The notes under the pieces: model-generated
Told to the model about the DNA's origin: nothing
The model's input: only the letters and a program-made list of their open reading frames with translations
Databases searched by the model: none
Shown: piece by piece, positions 1 to 11,081 of the stretch
Numbering within the stretch: the stretch's first letter is position 1
Layout of the letters: every line of letters starts with the position of its first letter
NCBI RefSeq assembly: GCF_051903065.1
Contig: NZ_CP178438.1
From: Escherichia coli
GTDB taxonomy: Bacteria > Pseudomonadota > Gammaproteobacteria > Enterobacterales > Enterobacteriaceae
DNA: 64,000 nucleotides
Direction: 5' to 3' (one strand)
Made by a program: the position numbers and the translations under genes

Positions 1-78
1 GGTAAAGAAAAACCTGCAGTACTGGGTCATGACGAAGCGGCATACTCCAAAAACCGTCGTGCGGTACTGGTTTACTAA
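1..78 (+). CDS. pal: 3' end of pal (peptidoglycan-associated lipoprotein), cut by window start
   Basis: In-frame C-terminal peptide ending ...NRRAVLVY with TAA at 76-78, directly upstream of cpoB as in the tol-pal cluster. Confidence 0.75.
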   Translation, partial: GKEKPAVLGHDEAAYSKNRRAVLVY

Positions 79-87
79 GAGAATTGC

Positions 88-879
88 ATGAGCAGTAACT
101 TCAGACATCAACTATTGAGTCTGTCGTTACTGGTTGGTATAGCGGCCCCCTGGGCCGCTTTTGCTCAGGCACCAATCAGTAGTGTCGGCTCAGGCTCGGT
201 CGAAGACCGCGTCACTCAACTTGAGCGTATTTCTAATGCTCACAGCCAGCTTTTAACCCAACTCCAGCAACAACTCTCTGATAATCAATCCGATATTGAT
301 TCCCTGCGTGGTCAGATTCAGGAAAATCAGTATCAACTGAATCAGGTCGTGGAGCGGCAAAAGCAGATCCTGTTGCAGATCGACAGCCTCAGCAGCGGTG
401 GTGCAGCGGCGCAATCAACCAGCGGTGATCAAAGCGGTGCGGCGGCATCAACGACGCCGACAGCTGATGCTGGTACTGCGAATGCTGGCGCGCCGGTGAA
501 AAGCGGTGATGCAAACACGGATTACAATGCAGCTATTGCGCTGGTGCAGGATAAATCCCGCCAGGATGACGCAATGGTGGCATTTCAGAATTTCATCAAA
601 AATTACCCTGATTCAACTTACCTGCCAAACGCCAATTATTGGCTGGGTCAGTTAAACTACAACAAGGGTAAAAAAGATGATGCGGCGTACTATTTTGCTT
701 CGGTAGTGAAAAACTATCCGAAGTCACCAAAGGCTGCAGATGCGATGTTTAAAGTCGGCGTCATCATGCAGGACAAAGGTGACACCGCAAAAGCGAAAGC
801 CGTATACCAGCAGGTTATCAGTAAATACCCTGGTACTGATGGCGCTAAACAGGCGCAAAAACGTCTGAACGCGATGTAA
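88..879 (+). CDS. cpoB: Cell division coordinator CpoB (YbgF), TPR-repeat periplasmic protein
   Basis: 263-aa ORF with signal peptide, Gln-rich coiled coil and C-terminal TPR region; position after pal. Confidence 0.9.
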   Translation: MSSNFRHQLLSLSLLVGIAAPWAAFAQAPISSVGSGSVEDRVTQLERISNAHSQLLTQLQQQLSDNQSDIDSLRGQIQENQYQLNQVVERQKQILLQIDSLSSGGAAAQSTSGDQSGAAASTTPTADAGTANAGAPVKSGDANTDYNAAIALVQDKSRQDDAMVAFQNFIKNYPDSTYLPNANYWLGQLNYNKGKKDDAAYYFASVVKNYPKSPKAADAMFKVGVIMQDKGDTAKAKAVYQQVISKYPGTDGAKQAQKRLNAM

Positions 880-1042
880 TGCATAACACACGACCAGAAG
901 TCGCATTATTTCTGGTCGTGTCGTGCGAATCATAAGCAGTTGAGTGATCTACATCGAAATTTTTGTTGCGCTCAAGTCTGAAATCAGTAATATATGCCGC
1001 CGTTGCCACGGGATATCAAACAAACCGAAAGCAACGAAAAGT

Positions 1043-1118
1043 GGGTCGTTAGCTCAGTTGGTAGAGCAGTTGACTTTTAATCAATTGGTCGCAGGTTCGA
1101 ATCCTGCACGACCCACCA
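1043..1118 (+). tRNA. lysT: tRNA-Lys (anticodon UUU)
   Basis: 76-nt GGGTCGTTAGCTCAGTTGGTAGAGC...CGACCCACCA with anticodon loop CTTTTAA; first gene of array. Confidence 0.95.
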
Positions 1119-1153
1119 CTAACCTAGTTAGTTGTAGTATCCAGCGTAGTATC

Positions 1154-1229
1154 GGGTGATTAGCTCAGCTGGGAGAGCACCTCCCTTACAAGGAGGGGGT
1201 CGGCGGTTCGATCCCGTCATCACCCACCA
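1154..1229 (+). tRNA. valT: tRNA-Val (anticodon UAC)
   Basis: 76-nt GGGTGATTAGCTCAGCTGGGAGAGC...CATCACCCACCA with anticodon loop CTTACAA. Confidence 0.95.
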
Positions 1230-1231
1230 CC

Positions 1232-1307
1232 GGGTCGTTAGCTCAGTTGGTAGAGCAGTTGACTTTTAATCAATTGGTCGCAGGTTCGAATCCTGCACGA
1301 CCCACCA
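1232..1307 (+). tRNA. lysW: tRNA-Lys (anticodon UUU)
   Basis: Identical 76-nt tRNA-Lys copy. Confidence 0.95.
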
Positions 1308-1358
1308 CTAATTACGGTGGGTTCGGTGGAAGTAGTTTGTAGTATCCAGCGCAGTATC

Positions 1359-1434
1359 GGGTGATTAGCTCAGCTGGGAGAGCACCTCCCTTACAAGGAG
1401 GGGGTCGGCGGTTCGATCCCGTCATCACCCACCA
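1359..1434 (+). tRNA. valZ: tRNA-Val (anticodon UAC)
   Basis: Identical 76-nt tRNA-Val copy. Confidence 0.95.
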
Positions 1435-1437
1435 CTC

Positions 1438-1513
1438 GGGTCGTTAGCTCAGTTGGTAGAGCAGTTGACTTTTAATCAATTGGTCGCAGGTTCGAATCCT
1501 GCACGACCCACCA
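1438..1513 (+). tRNA. lysY: tRNA-Lys (anticodon UUU)
   Basis: Identical 76-nt tRNA-Lys copy. Confidence 0.95.
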
Positions 1514-1593
1514 ATTTTAACATCAAACTCAGATGTTAAGCGTGAAGGATAACGTTGCGCCAGCAACGGCCCGTAGGGCGAGCGAAGCGAGTC

Positions 1594-1611
1594 ATCCTGC
1601 ACGACCCACCA
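1594..1611 (+). pseudogene. Orphan 18-nt fragment identical to the 3' end of tRNA-Lys, in the lysY-lysZ spacer
   Basis: ATCCTGCACGACCCACCA matches the tRNA-Lys T-arm and acceptor 3' end with no upstream tRNA body. Confidence 0.6.
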
Positions 1612-1659
1612 ATCTTAAAGATTGGCCCCGAGTAAAAATCTTTCAGGTAACACCCGTAT

Positions 1660-1735
1660 GGGTCGTTAGCTCAGTTGGTAGAGCAGTTGACTTTTAATCA
1701 ATTGGTCGCAGGTTCGAATCCTGCACGACCCACCA
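1660..1735 (+). tRNA. lysZ: tRNA-Lys (anticodon UUU)
   Basis: Identical 76-nt tRNA-Lys copy. Confidence 0.95.
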
Positions 1736-1768
1736 TCCTGAATGATTAAAGCAGCATAATCCCGCAAG

Positions 1769-1844
1769 GGGTCGTTAGCTCAGTTGGTAGAGCAGTTGAC
1801 TTTTAATCAATTGGTCGCAGGTTCGAATCCTGCACGACCCACCA
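1769..1844 (+). tRNA. lysQ: tRNA-Lys (anticodon UUU)
   Basis: Identical 76-nt tRNA-Lys copy, last of array. Confidence 0.95.
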
Positions 1845-1852
1845 ATGTAAAA

Positions 1853-1877
1853 AAGCGCCCTAAAGGCGCTTTTTTGC
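1853..1877 (+). terminator. Rho-independent terminator of the tRNA array
   Basis: GC hairpin AGCGCC-CTAA-AGGCGCT followed by a T-run, directly after lysQ. Confidence 0.8.
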
Positions 1878-2121
1878 TATTCAGGCATCTCTCAATTTCA
1901 ATTCTTGACCCTGATGACATACTCCGCGCTTGCTGCGTAAACAACTTTACGTCGGAGGAATAAGACGCAAAGTGTGGCATTCGGCATCTCATACGTAATT
2001 CGAGTGACTTTTCCCCACCATTCGACTATCTTGTTTAGCATATAAAACAAATTACACCGATAACAGCGAATATCACGCTAATGTCGGTTTTAACGTTAAG
2101 CCTGTAAAACGAGATGGTAAG

Positions 2122-3165
2122 ATGAGCGTGATGTTTGATCCAGACACGGCGATTTATCCTTTCCCCCCGAAGCCGACGCCGTTAAGCATTGATGAAAAAG
2201 CGTATTACCGCGAGAAGATAAAACGTCTGCTAAAAGAACGTAATGCGGTGATGGTTGCCCACTACTATACCGATCCCGAAATTCAACAACTGGCAGAAGA
2301 AACCGGTGGCTGTATTTCTGATTCTTTGGAAATGGCGCGCTTCGGTGCAAAGCATCCCGCTTCTACGTTGTTAGTCGCTGGGGTGAGATTTATGGGAGAA
2401 ACCGCCAAAATTCTCAGTCCGGAAAAAACAATTCTGATGCCGACACTTCAGGCTGAATGTTCACTGGATCTCGGCTGCCCTGTTGAAGAATTTAACGCAT
2501 TTTGCGATGCCCATCCCGATCATACTGTCGTCGTCTACGCCAACACTTCTGCTGCGGTAAAAGCGCGGGCAGATTGGGTGGTAACTTCAAGCATTGCCGT
2601 CGAACTTATTGATCATCTGGATAGTTTGGGTGAAAAAATCATCTGGGCACCCGACAAACATCTGGGGCGTTACGTGCAAAAACAGACGGGCGCAGACATT
2701 TTATGCTGGCAGGGTGCCTGCATTGTGCATGATGAATTTAAGACTCAGGCGTTAACCCGCTTGCAAGAAGAATACCCGGATGCTGCCATACTGGTGCATC
2801 CAGAATCACCACAAGCTATTGTCGATATGGCGGATGCGGTCGGTTCCACCAGTCAACTGATCGCTGCTGCAAAAACATTGCCACATCAGCGGCTTATCGT
2901 GGCAACCGATCGGGGCATTTTCTACAAAATGCAGCAGGCGGTGCCAGATAAAGAGTTACTGGAAGCACCAACCGCGGGTGAGGGCGCAACCTGCCGCAGC
3001 TGCGCGCATTGTCCGTGGATGGCCATGAATGGCCTTCAGGCTATCGCTGAGGCATTAGAACAGGAAGGAAGTAATCACGAGGTTCATGTTGATGAGAGGC
3101 TGCGAGAGAGGGCGCTGGTGCCGCTCAATCGTATGCTGGATTTTGCGGCTACACTACGTGGATAA
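2122..3165 (+). CDS. nadA: Quinolinate synthase NadA
   Basis: 347-aa ORF with C-terminal cysteine cluster (CRSCAHC); K-12 order nadA-pnuC. Confidence 0.95.
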   Translation: MSVMFDPDTAIYPFPPKPTPLSIDEKAYYREKIKRLLKERNAVMVAHYYTDPEIQQLAEETGGCISDSLEMARFGAKHPASTLLVAGVRFMGETAKILSPEKTILMPTLQAECSLDLGCPVEEFNAFCDAHPDHTVVVYANTSAAVKARADWVVTSSIAVELIDHLDSLGEKIIWAPDKHLGRYVQKQTGADILCWQGACIVHDEFKTQALTRLQEEYPDAAILVHPESPQAIVDMADAVGSTSQLIAAAKTLPHQRLIVATDRGIFYKMQQAVPDKELLEAPTAGEGATCRSCAHCPWMAMNGLQAIAEALEQEGSNHEVHVDERLRERALVPLNRMLDFAATLRG

Positions 3166-3202
3166 CGAATAATAAGGCGTAACGTTACGCTTTGGGGGAA
3201 AG

Positions 3203-3922
3203 ATGGATTTTTTTAGTGTGCAGAATATCCTGGTACATATACCAATAGGGGCAGGCGGTTATGATCTCTCATGGATCGAAGCGGTAGGCACGATCGCCGG
3301 GTTGCTGTGTATTGGCCTTGCCAGTCTGGAGAAGATCAGCAACTACTTCTTTGGCCTGATCAACGTCACCTTGTTTGGCATTATTTTCTTTCAGATTCAG
3401 CTGTATGCCAGCCTGCTATTACAGGTGTTTTTCTTTGCCGCGAATATTTACGGTTGGTATGCGTGGTCGCGACAAACCAGTCAGAACGAGGCGGAGTTGA
3501 AAATTCGCTGGTTGCCATTGCCGAAGGCGCTAAGCTGGTTGGCGGTTTGCGTTGTTTCGATTGGTCTGATGACGGTATTTATCAATCCGGTGTTTGCATT
3601 TTTGACCCGCGTGGCAGTCATGATCATGCAAGCATTAGGATTACAGGTTGTGATGCCTGAACTGCAACCGGACGCTTTCCCGTTCTGGGATTCATGCATG
3701 ATGGTGTTATCTATCGTGGCAATGATTCTGATGACGCGTAAGTATGTGGAAAACTGGCTGTTGTGGGTGATTATTAACGTGATTAGCGTCGTTATTTTTG
3801 CACTTCAGGGCGTTTACGCCATGTCTCTGGAGTACATCATCCTGACCTTTATTGCGCTCAACGGCAGCCGGATGTGGATCAACAGCGCACGTGAAAGAGG
3901 CTCACGCGCGCTGTCCCATTAA
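3203..3922 (+). CDS. pnuC: Nicotinamide riboside transporter PnuC
   Basis: 239-aa multi-TM ORF after nadA; 4-bp 3' overlap with convergent zitB. Confidence 0.9.
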   Translation: MDFFSVQNILVHIPIGAGGYDLSWIEAVGTIAGLLCIGLASLEKISNYFFGLINVTLFGIIFFQIQLYASLLLQVFFFAANIYGWYAWSRQTSQNEAELKIRWLPLPKALSWLAVCVVSIGLMTVFINPVFAFLTRVAVMIMQALGLQVVMPELQPDAFPFWDSCMMVLSIVAMILMTRKYVENWLLWVIINVISVVIFALQGVYAMSLEYIILTFIALNGSRMWINSARERGSRALSH

Positions 3923-4860
3923 TGGTGATGATGTGAATGGCCAGACACCCCTTCATTCAGGTGGCAGTCTGGCCCATGACAAGGTTGATATTCCATCTGA
4001 ATGGTGGCGTGCTCAATCTGATAGTGATCCATCAGGTAGTGTTGGATCTGATCCAACAAGGCATCGTGATCGTGTGGTGGGATCACCTGCACATGCAGCG
4101 TTATCACCGGCTTCTCGCCTACCATCCATACATGTACATGGTGCACATTGCGGACTTCTGGGATTTCCCGGCACATACGACGCTTCAGTTCAGCGATATC
4201 CAGCGATACCGGTGCACCTTCAAGTAATTCATTCACGCTATCTTTCAACAGTCGCCACGCGCTACGCAGAACCAGAAGCGACACCAGTATCGAGAGAATG
4301 GGGTCAGCAGGTGTCCAGCCGGTCCAGATAATAATCAACGCGGCAATAATAGCCCCAACCGAACCCAGCAGGTCCCCGAGCACATGCAGTGCCGCTGCTC
4401 GTACGTTGAGGTTTTTCTCTTCGCTGCCGTGATGAAGTAACCAGAAAGAAAGTATATTTGCCAGCAACCCAGCCACGGCAATTGCCATCATCATGCCGCC
4501 CTCGACCGGACGCGGCGTGCGGAAGCGTTCTATCGCCTCCCAGACAATCAAAATGGTAATTACCACGAGGGCGATGGCATTCACAAACGCCGCGAGCGTG
4601 GTCAGTCTTAGCCAACCGAAAGTGTGGCGAATGGTGGGAGGACGACGTGAAAATTGCACGGCGAGTAGGGCGAAAAGCAGGGCGGCAGTATCGGTCAACA
4701 TATGACCCGCATCGGCCAGCAAAGCCAGAGAACCAGAAAGAAAACCACCAATGACTTCTATCAGCATAAACCCGGCAGTCACGCCGAAAGCATACAACAA
4801 GCGACGAGCATTATTATCTTCTGGCAGGTGTGAGGACGTGTGTGAGTGTGAGTGCACCAT
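3919..4860 (-). CDS. zitB: Zinc efflux transporter ZitB (cation diffusion facilitator)
   Basis: 313-aa ORF with His-rich N and C termini and TM core. Confidence 0.9.
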   Translation of the reverse strand: MVHSHSHTSSHLPEDNNARRLLYAFGVTAGFMLIEVIGGFLSGSLALLADAGHMLTDTAALLFALLAVQFSRRPPTIRHTFGWLRLTTLAAFVNAIALVVITILIVWEAIERFRTPRPVEGGMMMAIAVAGLLANILSFWLLHHGSEEKNLNVRAAALHVLGDLLGSVGAIIAALIIIWTGWTPADPILSILVSLLVLRSAWRLLKDSVNELLEGAPVSLDIAELKRRMCREIPEVRNVHHVHVWMVGEKPVITLHVQVIPPHDHDALLDQIQHYLMDHYQIEHATIQMEYQPCHGPDCHLNEGVSGHSHHHH

Positions 4861-4973
4861 GACGAGTCATCCCTTAATTATTCTCACTTAACTTTATGAC
4901 ATCATACTGCTTTTAGAAGGGAAAAATTAAAAGGGAGAGACTCCGCTCTCCCATTATTGGCTATTTTGCAGGG

Positions 4974-5354
4974 TTACTGCGTGGTACCGTCGGTTTTGGT
5001 ATCGACATCATTATTGATGCCATCACCGGTTTGTACCTTTTTATTGATATCCGGGCAGCGACCATCTTTGCACATGGTGTTCTTGTGCTCTTCATCTTTG
5101 GTCATGCCGTCATTGTTCATTGAAGAACCATCCGAATGCAGCATTGTGCCGCCAGAACCGGTATTTACCCCGTTATTGTCGACGTTATTTGGCGCAACAT
5201 TTTCACGGGCGTCAGGGGCTACCTGGCCCGCATCAGCGGCGGCGTTTGCCTGGCCGTTATTAGTTTGCGCTCCGCTATCGGCAGCCAGTGCGGCACCGCT
5301 GGCAAGGCTTAGAGTGGCAGTCAGAAATAATGTGGCCAGTTTTGTCATTTTCAT
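4974..5354 (-). CDS. ybgS: Secreted low-complexity protein YbgS
   Basis: 126-aa ORF with signal peptide and N/G/D-rich sequence. Confidence 0.85.
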
Positions 5355-5581
5355 AGGATGCTCCTGTTATGGTCGTTATGTCGGATAACCTCTTCCAACA
5401 GTGCATTTGCAGGTGAATATAAGGCATTGGTTTAAGATTTCAGCCAGGTTATGAAACGCAGCAGAGAATCTTGAAATAATTAACAAACAAAGGAGTTACA
5501 GTTAGAAATTGTAGGAGAGATCTCGTTTTTCGCGACAATCTGGCGTTTTTCTTGCTAATTCCAGGATTAATCCGTTCATAG

Positions 5582-5599
5582 TGTAAAACCCCGTTTACA
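5582..5599. promoter_or_regulatory. TyrR box in the aroG promoter
   Basis: TGTAAA-N6-TTTACA palindrome (TGTAAAACCCCGTTTACA) about 70 bp upstream of aroG. Confidence 0.7.
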
Positions 5600-5669
5600 C
5601 ATTCTGACGGAAGATATAGATTGGAAGTATTGCATTCACTAAGATAAGTATGGCAACACTGGAACAGAC

Positions 5670-6722
5670 ATGAATTATCAGAACGACGATTTACGCATCA
5701 AAGAAATCAAAGAGTTACTTCCTCCTGTCGCATTGCTGGAAAAATTCCCCGCTACTGAAAATGCCGCTAATACGGTTGCCCATGCCCGAAAAGCGATCCA
5801 TAAAATCCTGAAAGGGAATGATGATCGCCTGTTAGTGGTGATTGGTCCGTGCTCAATTCATGATCCTGTAGCGGCTAAAGAGTACGCAACTCGCTTGTTG
5901 GCGCTGCGTGAAGAGCTGAAAGATGAGCTGGAAATCGTAATGCGCGTCTATTTTGAAAAGCCGCGCACCACGGTGGGCTGGAAAGGGCTGATTAACGATC
6001 CGCATATGGACAATAGCTTCCAGATCAACGACGGTTTGCGTATTGCCCGTAAATTGCTGCTCGATATTAACGACAGCGGTCTGCCAGCGGCGGGTGAGTT
6101 TCTCGATATGATCACCCCACAATATCTCGCTGACCTGATGAGCTGGGGCGCAATTGGCGCACGTACCACCGAATCGCAGGTGCACCGCGAACTGGCATCA
6201 GGGCTTTCTTGTCCGGTCGGCTTCAAAAATGGCACCGACGGTACGATTAAAGTGGCTATCGATGCCATTAATGCCGCCGGTGCGCCGCACTGCTTCCTGT
6301 CCGTAACGAAATGGGGGCATTCGGCGATTGTGAATACCAGCGGTAACGGTGATTGCCATATCATTCTGCGCGGCGGTAAAGAGCCTAACTACAGCGCGAA
6401 GCACGTTGCTGAAGTGAAAGAAGGGCTGAACAAAGCAGGCCTGCCAGCACAGGTGATGATCGATTTCAGCCATGCTAACTCGTCAAAACAATTCAAAAAG
6501 CAGATGGATGTTTGTGCTGACGTTTGCCAGCAGATTGCCGGTGGCGAAAAGGCCATTATCGGTGTGATGGTGGAAAGTCATCTGGTTGAAGGCAATCAGA
6601 GCCTGGAGAGCGGGGAGCCGCTGGCCTATGGTAAGAGCATCACCGATGCCTGCATTGGCTGGGAAGATACCGATGCTCTGTTACGTCAACTGGCGAACGC
6701 AGTGAAAGCGCGTCGCGGGTAA
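5670..6722 (+). CDS. aroG: Phe-sensitive DAHP synthase AroG
   Basis: 350-aa ORF, class I DAHP synthase sequence. Confidence 0.95.
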   Translation: MNYQNDDLRIKEIKELLPPVALLEKFPATENAANTVAHARKAIHKILKGNDDRLLVVIGPCSIHDPVAAKEYATRLLALREELKDELEIVMRVYFEKPRTTVGWKGLINDPHMDNSFQINDGLRIARKLLLDINDSGLPAAGEFLDMITPQYLADLMSWGAIGARTTESQVHRELASGLSCPVGFKNGTDGTIKVAIDAINAAGAPHCFLSVTKWGHSAIVNTSGNGDCHIILRGGKEPNYSAKHVAEVKEGLNKAGLPAQVMIDFSHANSSKQFKKQMDVCADVCQQIAGGEKAIIGVMVESHLVEGNQSLESGEPLAYGKSITDACIGWEDTDALLRQLANAVKARRG

Positions 6723-6730
6723 GGTTTCAT

Positions 6731-6806
6731 TGTTGGATGCGCCGCATGGATGGCGCATCCGATGAATAACCGTAGGTCTGATAATATGCGAGCGTCGCAT
6801 CAGGCA
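6731..6806. repeat. REP-like palindromic elements downstream of aroG
   Basis: Imperfect GC-rich palindromes (GGATGCGCC...GGCGCATCC; GCGAGCGTCGCATCAGGC). Confidence 0.5.
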
Positions 6807-6832
6807 GTGCTTCGTGGTTAGCGACGAAAAAC

Positions 6833-6871
6833 AAAAAAGCCGACTCATTTGCAGTCGGCTTTCTCATTTTT
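6833..6871. terminator. Bidirectional terminator between convergent aroG and gpmA
   Basis: Hairpin GCCGACTC-ATTTGCA-GTCGGC flanked by A-run and T-run. Confidence 0.75.
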
Positions 6872-6884
6872 AAGCGAATGACGT

Positions 6885-7637
6885 TTACTTCGCTTTACCC
6901 TGATTAGCAACCGCCGCTGCTTTCGCCGCGATCTCGTCAGCATTACCCAGATAATAACGTTTCAGCGGTTTGAAATTCTCGTCGAACTCATACACCAGCG
7001 GCACGCCAGTCGGGATATTCAGCTCAAGAATCTCTTCTTCGCTCATGTTATCAAGATATTTCACCAGCGCACGTAAAGAGTTACCGTGTGCAGCGATGAT
7101 CACGCGCTCACCGCTCTTCATACGCGGCAGAATGGTTTCATTCCAGTAAGGGATCACGCGGTCAATGGTCAGCGCCAGGCTTTCCGTCAGCGGCAGTTCT
7201 TTCTCGCTCAGTTTCGCGTAACGCGGATCGTGACCCGGATAACGCTCATCATCTTTAGTCAGTTCCGGCGGAGTCACTGCAAAACCACGACGCCACTGTT
7301 TCACCTGCTCGTCGCCATATTTTTCAGCAGTTTCCGCTTTGTTCAGACCCTGCAACGCACCGTAGTGACGTTCGTTCAGTTTCCAGGATTTCTCAACGGG
7401 CAGCCATGCCTGATCCAGTTCGTCCAGCACATTCCACAGGGTATGGATAGCGCGTTTCAGCACAGAGGTGTAAGCAAAGTCAAAGCTGTAACCTTCCTCT
7501 TTCAGCAGCTTACCTGCTGCTTTTGCTTCGCTTACGCCTTTCTCAGACAGATCCACGTCGTACCAACCGGTGAAACGGTTTTCTTTGTTCCACTGACTTT
7601 CGCCATGACGAACCAGAACCAGCTTAGTTACAGCCAT
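6885..7637 (-). CDS. gpmA: 2,3-bisphosphoglycerate-dependent phosphoglycerate mutase GpmA
   Basis: ORF with RHGESQWN histidine phosphatase motif; start set at [12 protein letters not shown] (250 aa) within the longer track ORF. Confidence 0.95.
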
Positions 7638-7661
7638 ATACTTACTCCTCAAATCATCTTT

Positions 7662-7682
7662 TAATGATAATAATTCTCATTA
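7662..7682. promoter_or_regulatory. Fur-box-like sequence upstream of gpmA
   Basis: TAATGATAATAATTCTCATTA resembles the Fur consensus GATAATGATAATCATTATC; gpmA is recalled as Fur-regulated. Confidence 0.5.
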
Positions 7683-7839
7683 TATTGCTGTGACGAAGCA
7701 ACAGCAATGCTTACGCATAACCATAGCGAAAATAGTGTCGCAGTGTAAGGTTGTTGTGAATATTGAGTTGCAAATATGTCGGTGTTTGCTGGTGATTTGA
7801 ACATTACAAGGGGAAAGCCCTCATCGCGAGGGCTTAAAC

Positions 7840-8880
7840 TTACTCAGCAATAAACTGATATTCCGTCAGGCTGGAATACTCTTCACCAGGATGCAGGAAG
7901 CAGTCCGGTTGCGGCCATTCAGGGTGGTTCGGGCTGTCCGGCAGAAACTCGCTTTCCAACGCCAGCCCTTGCCAGTCGGCGTAAGGTTCGGTTCCCCGCG
8001 ACGGTGTGCCGCCGAGGAAGTTGCCGGAGTAGAATTGCAGAGCCGGAGCGGTGGTGTAGACCTTCAGCTGCAATTTTTCATCTGCTGACCAGACATGCGC
8101 CGCCACTTTCTTGCCATTGCCTTTGGCCTGTAACAAGAATGCGTGATCGTAACCTTTCACTTTGCGCTGATCGTCGTCGGCAAGAAACTCACTGGCGATG
8201 ATTTTGGCGCTGCGGAAATCAAAAGACGTTCCGGCGACAGATTTCAGGCCGTCGTGCGGAATGCCGCCTTCATCAACCGGCAGATATTCGTCCGCCAGAA
8301 TCTGCAACTTGTGATTGCGCACGTCAGACTGCTCGCCGTCAAGATTGAAATAGACGTGATTAGTCATATTCACCGGGCAAGGTTTATCAACTGTGGCGCG
8401 ATAAGTAATAGAGATACGGTTATCGTCGGTCAGACGATATTGCACCGTCGCGCCGAGATTACCCGGGAAGCCCTGATCGCCATCATCTGAACTCAGGGCA
8501 AACAGCACCTGACGATCGTTCTGGTTCACAATCTGCCAGCGACGTTTGTCGAATCCTTCCGGGCCGCCGTGCAGTTGGTTAACGCCCTGACTTGGCGAAA
8601 GCGTCACGGTTTCACCGTCAAAGGTATAACGGCTATTGGCGATGCGGTTGGCGTAACGACCAATAGAGGCCCCCAGAAATGCGGCCTGATCCTGATAGCA
8701 TTCCGGGCTGGCGCAGCCAAGCAGCGCCTCGCGGACGCTGCCATCGGAAAGCGGAATACGGGCTGAAAGTAAAGTCGCACCCCAGTCCATCAGCGTGACT
8801 ACCATCCCTGCGTTGTTACGCAAAGTTAACAGTCGGTACGGCTGACCATCGGGTGCCAGTGCGGGAGTTTCGTTCAGCAC
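7840..8880 (-). CDS. galM: Galactose mutarotase (aldose 1-epimerase) GalM
   Basis: 346-aa ORF, last gene of galETKM. Confidence 0.95.
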   Translation of the reverse strand: MLNETPALAPDGQPYRLLTLRNNAGMVVTLMDWGATLLSARIPLSDGSVREALLGCASPECYQDQAAFLGASIGRYANRIANSRYTFDGETVTLSPSQGVNQLHGGPEGFDKRRWQIVNQNDRQVLFALSSDDGDQGFPGNLGATVQYRLTDDNRISITYRATVDKPCPVNMTNHVYFNLDGEQSDVRNHKLQILADEYLPVDEGGIPHDGLKSVAGTSFDFRSAKIIASEFLADDDQRKVKGYDHAFLLQAKGNGKKVAAHVWSADEKLQLKVYTTAPALQFYSGNFLGGTPSRGTEPYADWQGLALESEFLPDSPNHPEWPQPDCFLHPGEEYSSLTEYQFIAE

Positions 8881-10022
8881 TGTCCTGCTCCTTGTGATGG
8901 TTTACAAACGTAAAAAGTCTCTTTAATACCTGTTTTTTCTTCATATTGTTCAGCGACAGCTTGCTGTACGGCAGGCACCAGCTTTTCCGGGATCAGGGCG
9001 ATAATACAGCCACCAAATCCACCGCCGGTCATGCGTACGCCACCTTTGTCGCCAATCACAGCTTTTACGATTTCGACCAGGGTGTCAATTTGCGGCACGG
9101 TGATTTCGAAATCATCGCGCATAGAGGCATGAGACTCTGCCATCAACTCGCCCATACGTTTCAGGTCGCCTTGCTCCAGCGCGCTGGCAGCTTCAACGGT
9201 GCGGGCGTTTTCAGTCAGGATATGACGCACACGTTTCGCTACGATCGGGTCCAGTTCATGCGCTACGGCGTTGAACTCTTCAATGGTGACATCGCGCAGG
9301 GCCGGTTGTTGGAAGAAACGCGCACCGGTTTCACACTGCTCACGGCGGGTGTTGTATTCGCTGCCAACCAGGGTACGTTTGAAGTTACTGTTGATGATGA
9401 CCACAGCCACGCCTTTCGGCATGGAAACCGCTTTGGTCCCCAGCGAGCGGCAGTCGATCAGCAAGGCGTGATCTTTTTTGCCGAGCGCGGAAATAAGTTG
9501 ATCCATGATCCCGCAGTTACAGCCAACAAACTGGTTTTCTGCTTCCTGACCGTTAAGCGCGATTTGTGCGCCGTCCAGCGGCAGATGATAAAGCTGCTGC
9601 AATACGGTTCCGACCGCCACTTCCAGTGAGGCGGAAGAACTTAACCCGGCACCCTGCGGCACGTTGCCGCTGATCACCATGTCCACGCCGCCGAAGTTGT
9701 TGTTACGCAGTTGCAGATGTTTCACCACGCCACGAACGTAGTTAGCCCATTGATAGTTTTCATGAGCGACAATGGGCGCATCAAGGGAAAACTCATCAAG
9801 CTGATTTTCATAATCGGCTGCCATTACGCGAACTTTACGGTCATCGCGTGGCGCACAGCTAATGACAGTTTGATAATCAATCGCGCAGGGCAGAACGAAA
9901 CCGTCGTTGTAGTCGGTGTGTTCGCCAATCAGATTCACGCGGCCAGGCGCCTGAATGGTGTGAGTGGCAGGGTAGCCAAATGCGTTAGCAAACAGAGATT
10001 GTGTTTTTTCTTTCAGACTCAT
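8874..10022 (-). CDS. galK: Galactokinase GalK
   Basis: 382-aa ORF with GHMP kinase motifs (PxGSGLSSSAS). Confidence 0.95.
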   Translation of the reverse strand: MSLKEKTQSLFANAFGYPATHTIQAPGRVNLIGEHTDYNDGFVLPCAIDYQTVISCAPRDDRKVRVMAADYENQLDEFSLDAPIVAHENYQWANYVRGVVKHLQLRNNNFGGVDMVISGNVPQGAGLSSSASLEVAVGTVLQQLYHLPLDGAQIALNGQEAENQFVGCNCGIMDQLISALGKKDHALLIDCRSLGTKAVSMPKGVAVVIINSNFKRTLVGSEYNTRREQCETGARFFQQPALRDVTIEEFNAVAHELDPIVAKRVRHILTENARTVEAASALEQGDLKRMGELMAESHASMRDDFEITVPQIDTLVEIVKAVIGDKGGVRMTGGGFGGCIIALIPEKLVPAVQQAVAEQYEEKTGIKETFYVCKPSQGAGQC

Positions 10023-10025
10023 TTC

Positions 10026-11072
10026 TTACACTCCGGATTCGCGAAAATGGATATCGCTGACTGCGCGCAAACGCTCTGCTGCCTGTTCTGCCGTCAGATC
10101 ACGCTGGGTTTCTGCCAGCATTTCATAACCGACCATAAATTTACGTACGGTGGCGGAGCGCAACAGAGGCGGATAAAAGTGCGCGTGCAGCTGCCAGTGT
10201 TGATTCTCTTCGCCATTAAACGGCGCGCCGTGCCAGCCCATAGAGTAGGGGAAAGAGCACTGGAAGAGGTTGTCATAGCGACTGGTCAGCTTTTTCAACG
10301 CCAGCGCCAGATCGCTGCGCTGGGCGTCGGTCAAATCGGTGATCCGCAAAACGTGGGCTTTGGGCAGCAGCAGCGTTTCGAACGGCCAGGCAGCCCAGTA
10401 AGGCACAACAGCTAACCAGTGTTCGGTTTCGACAACGGTACGGCTACCGTCTGCCAGCTCGCGCTGAACATAATCCACCAGCATTGGCGATTTCTGCTCG
10501 GCAAAATATTCTTTTTGCAGGCGGTCTTCGCGCTCAGCTTCGTTAGGCAGGAAGCTATTTGCCCAAATCTGTCCGTGCGGATGCGGGTTAGAGCAGCCCA
10601 TCGCCGCGCCTTTGTTTTCAAATACCTGCACCCACGGATACGTTTTTCCCAGCTTTGCGGTTTGCTCCTGCCAGGTTTTGACGATTTCCGTCAATGCCGC
10701 AACGCTGAGTTCTGGCAGTGTTTTACTGTGATCCGGTGAAAAGCAGATCACCCGGCTGGTACCGCGCGCGCTCTGGCAACGCATCAGCGGATCGTTGCTT
10801 TCTGGCGCATCCGGCGTGTCAGACATCAAGGCCGCAAAGTCATTAGTGAAAACGTAAGTCCCGGTGTAATCGGGGTTTTTATCGCCTGTCACCCGCACAT
10901 TACCTGCGCAGAGGAAGCAATCTGGATCGTGCGCAGGTAACACCTGTTTGGCTGGCGTTTCCTGCGCCCCCTGCCAGGGGCGCTTAGCGCGATGCGGTGA
11001 AACCAGAATCCATTGCCCGGTGAGCGGGTTGTAGCGGCGATGTGGATGATCAACGGGATTAAATTGCGTCAT
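10026..11072 (-). CDS. galT: Galactose-1-phosphate uridylyltransferase GalT
   Basis: 348-aa ORF with HPHGQ active-site motif. Confidence 0.95.
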   Translation of the reverse strand: MTQFNPVDHPHRRYNPLTGQWILVSPHRAKRPWQGAQETPAKQVLPAHDPDCFLCAGNVRVTGDKNPDYTGTYVFTNDFAALMSDTPDAPESNDPLMRCQSARGTSRVICFSPDHSKTLPELSVAALTEIVKTWQEQTAKLGKTYPWVQVFENKGAAMGCSNPHPHGQIWANSFLPNEAEREDRLQKEYFAEQKSPMLVDYVQRELADGSRTVVETEHWLAVVPYWAAWPFETLLLPKAHVLRITDLTDAQRSDLALALKKLTSRYDNLFQCSFPYSMGWHGAPFNGEENQHWQLHAHFYPPLLRSATVRKFMVGYEMLAETQRDLTAEQAAERLRAVSDIHFRESGV

Positions 11073-11081
11073 GGTCGTTCC

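Noticed and set aside
3852-4331. 159-aa plus-strand ORF overlapping zitB
   Set aside because: Antisense to zitB; no independent support.
4957-5388. 143-aa plus-strand ORF antisense to ybgS
   Set aside because: ybgS on the minus strand has a signal peptide and matches the known 126-aa protein; the plus-strand frame is a low-complexity mirror.
8946-9629. 227-aa plus-strand ORF inside galK
   Set aside because: Antisense shadow ORF wholly within a well-supported gene; no ribosome-binding site or independent support.
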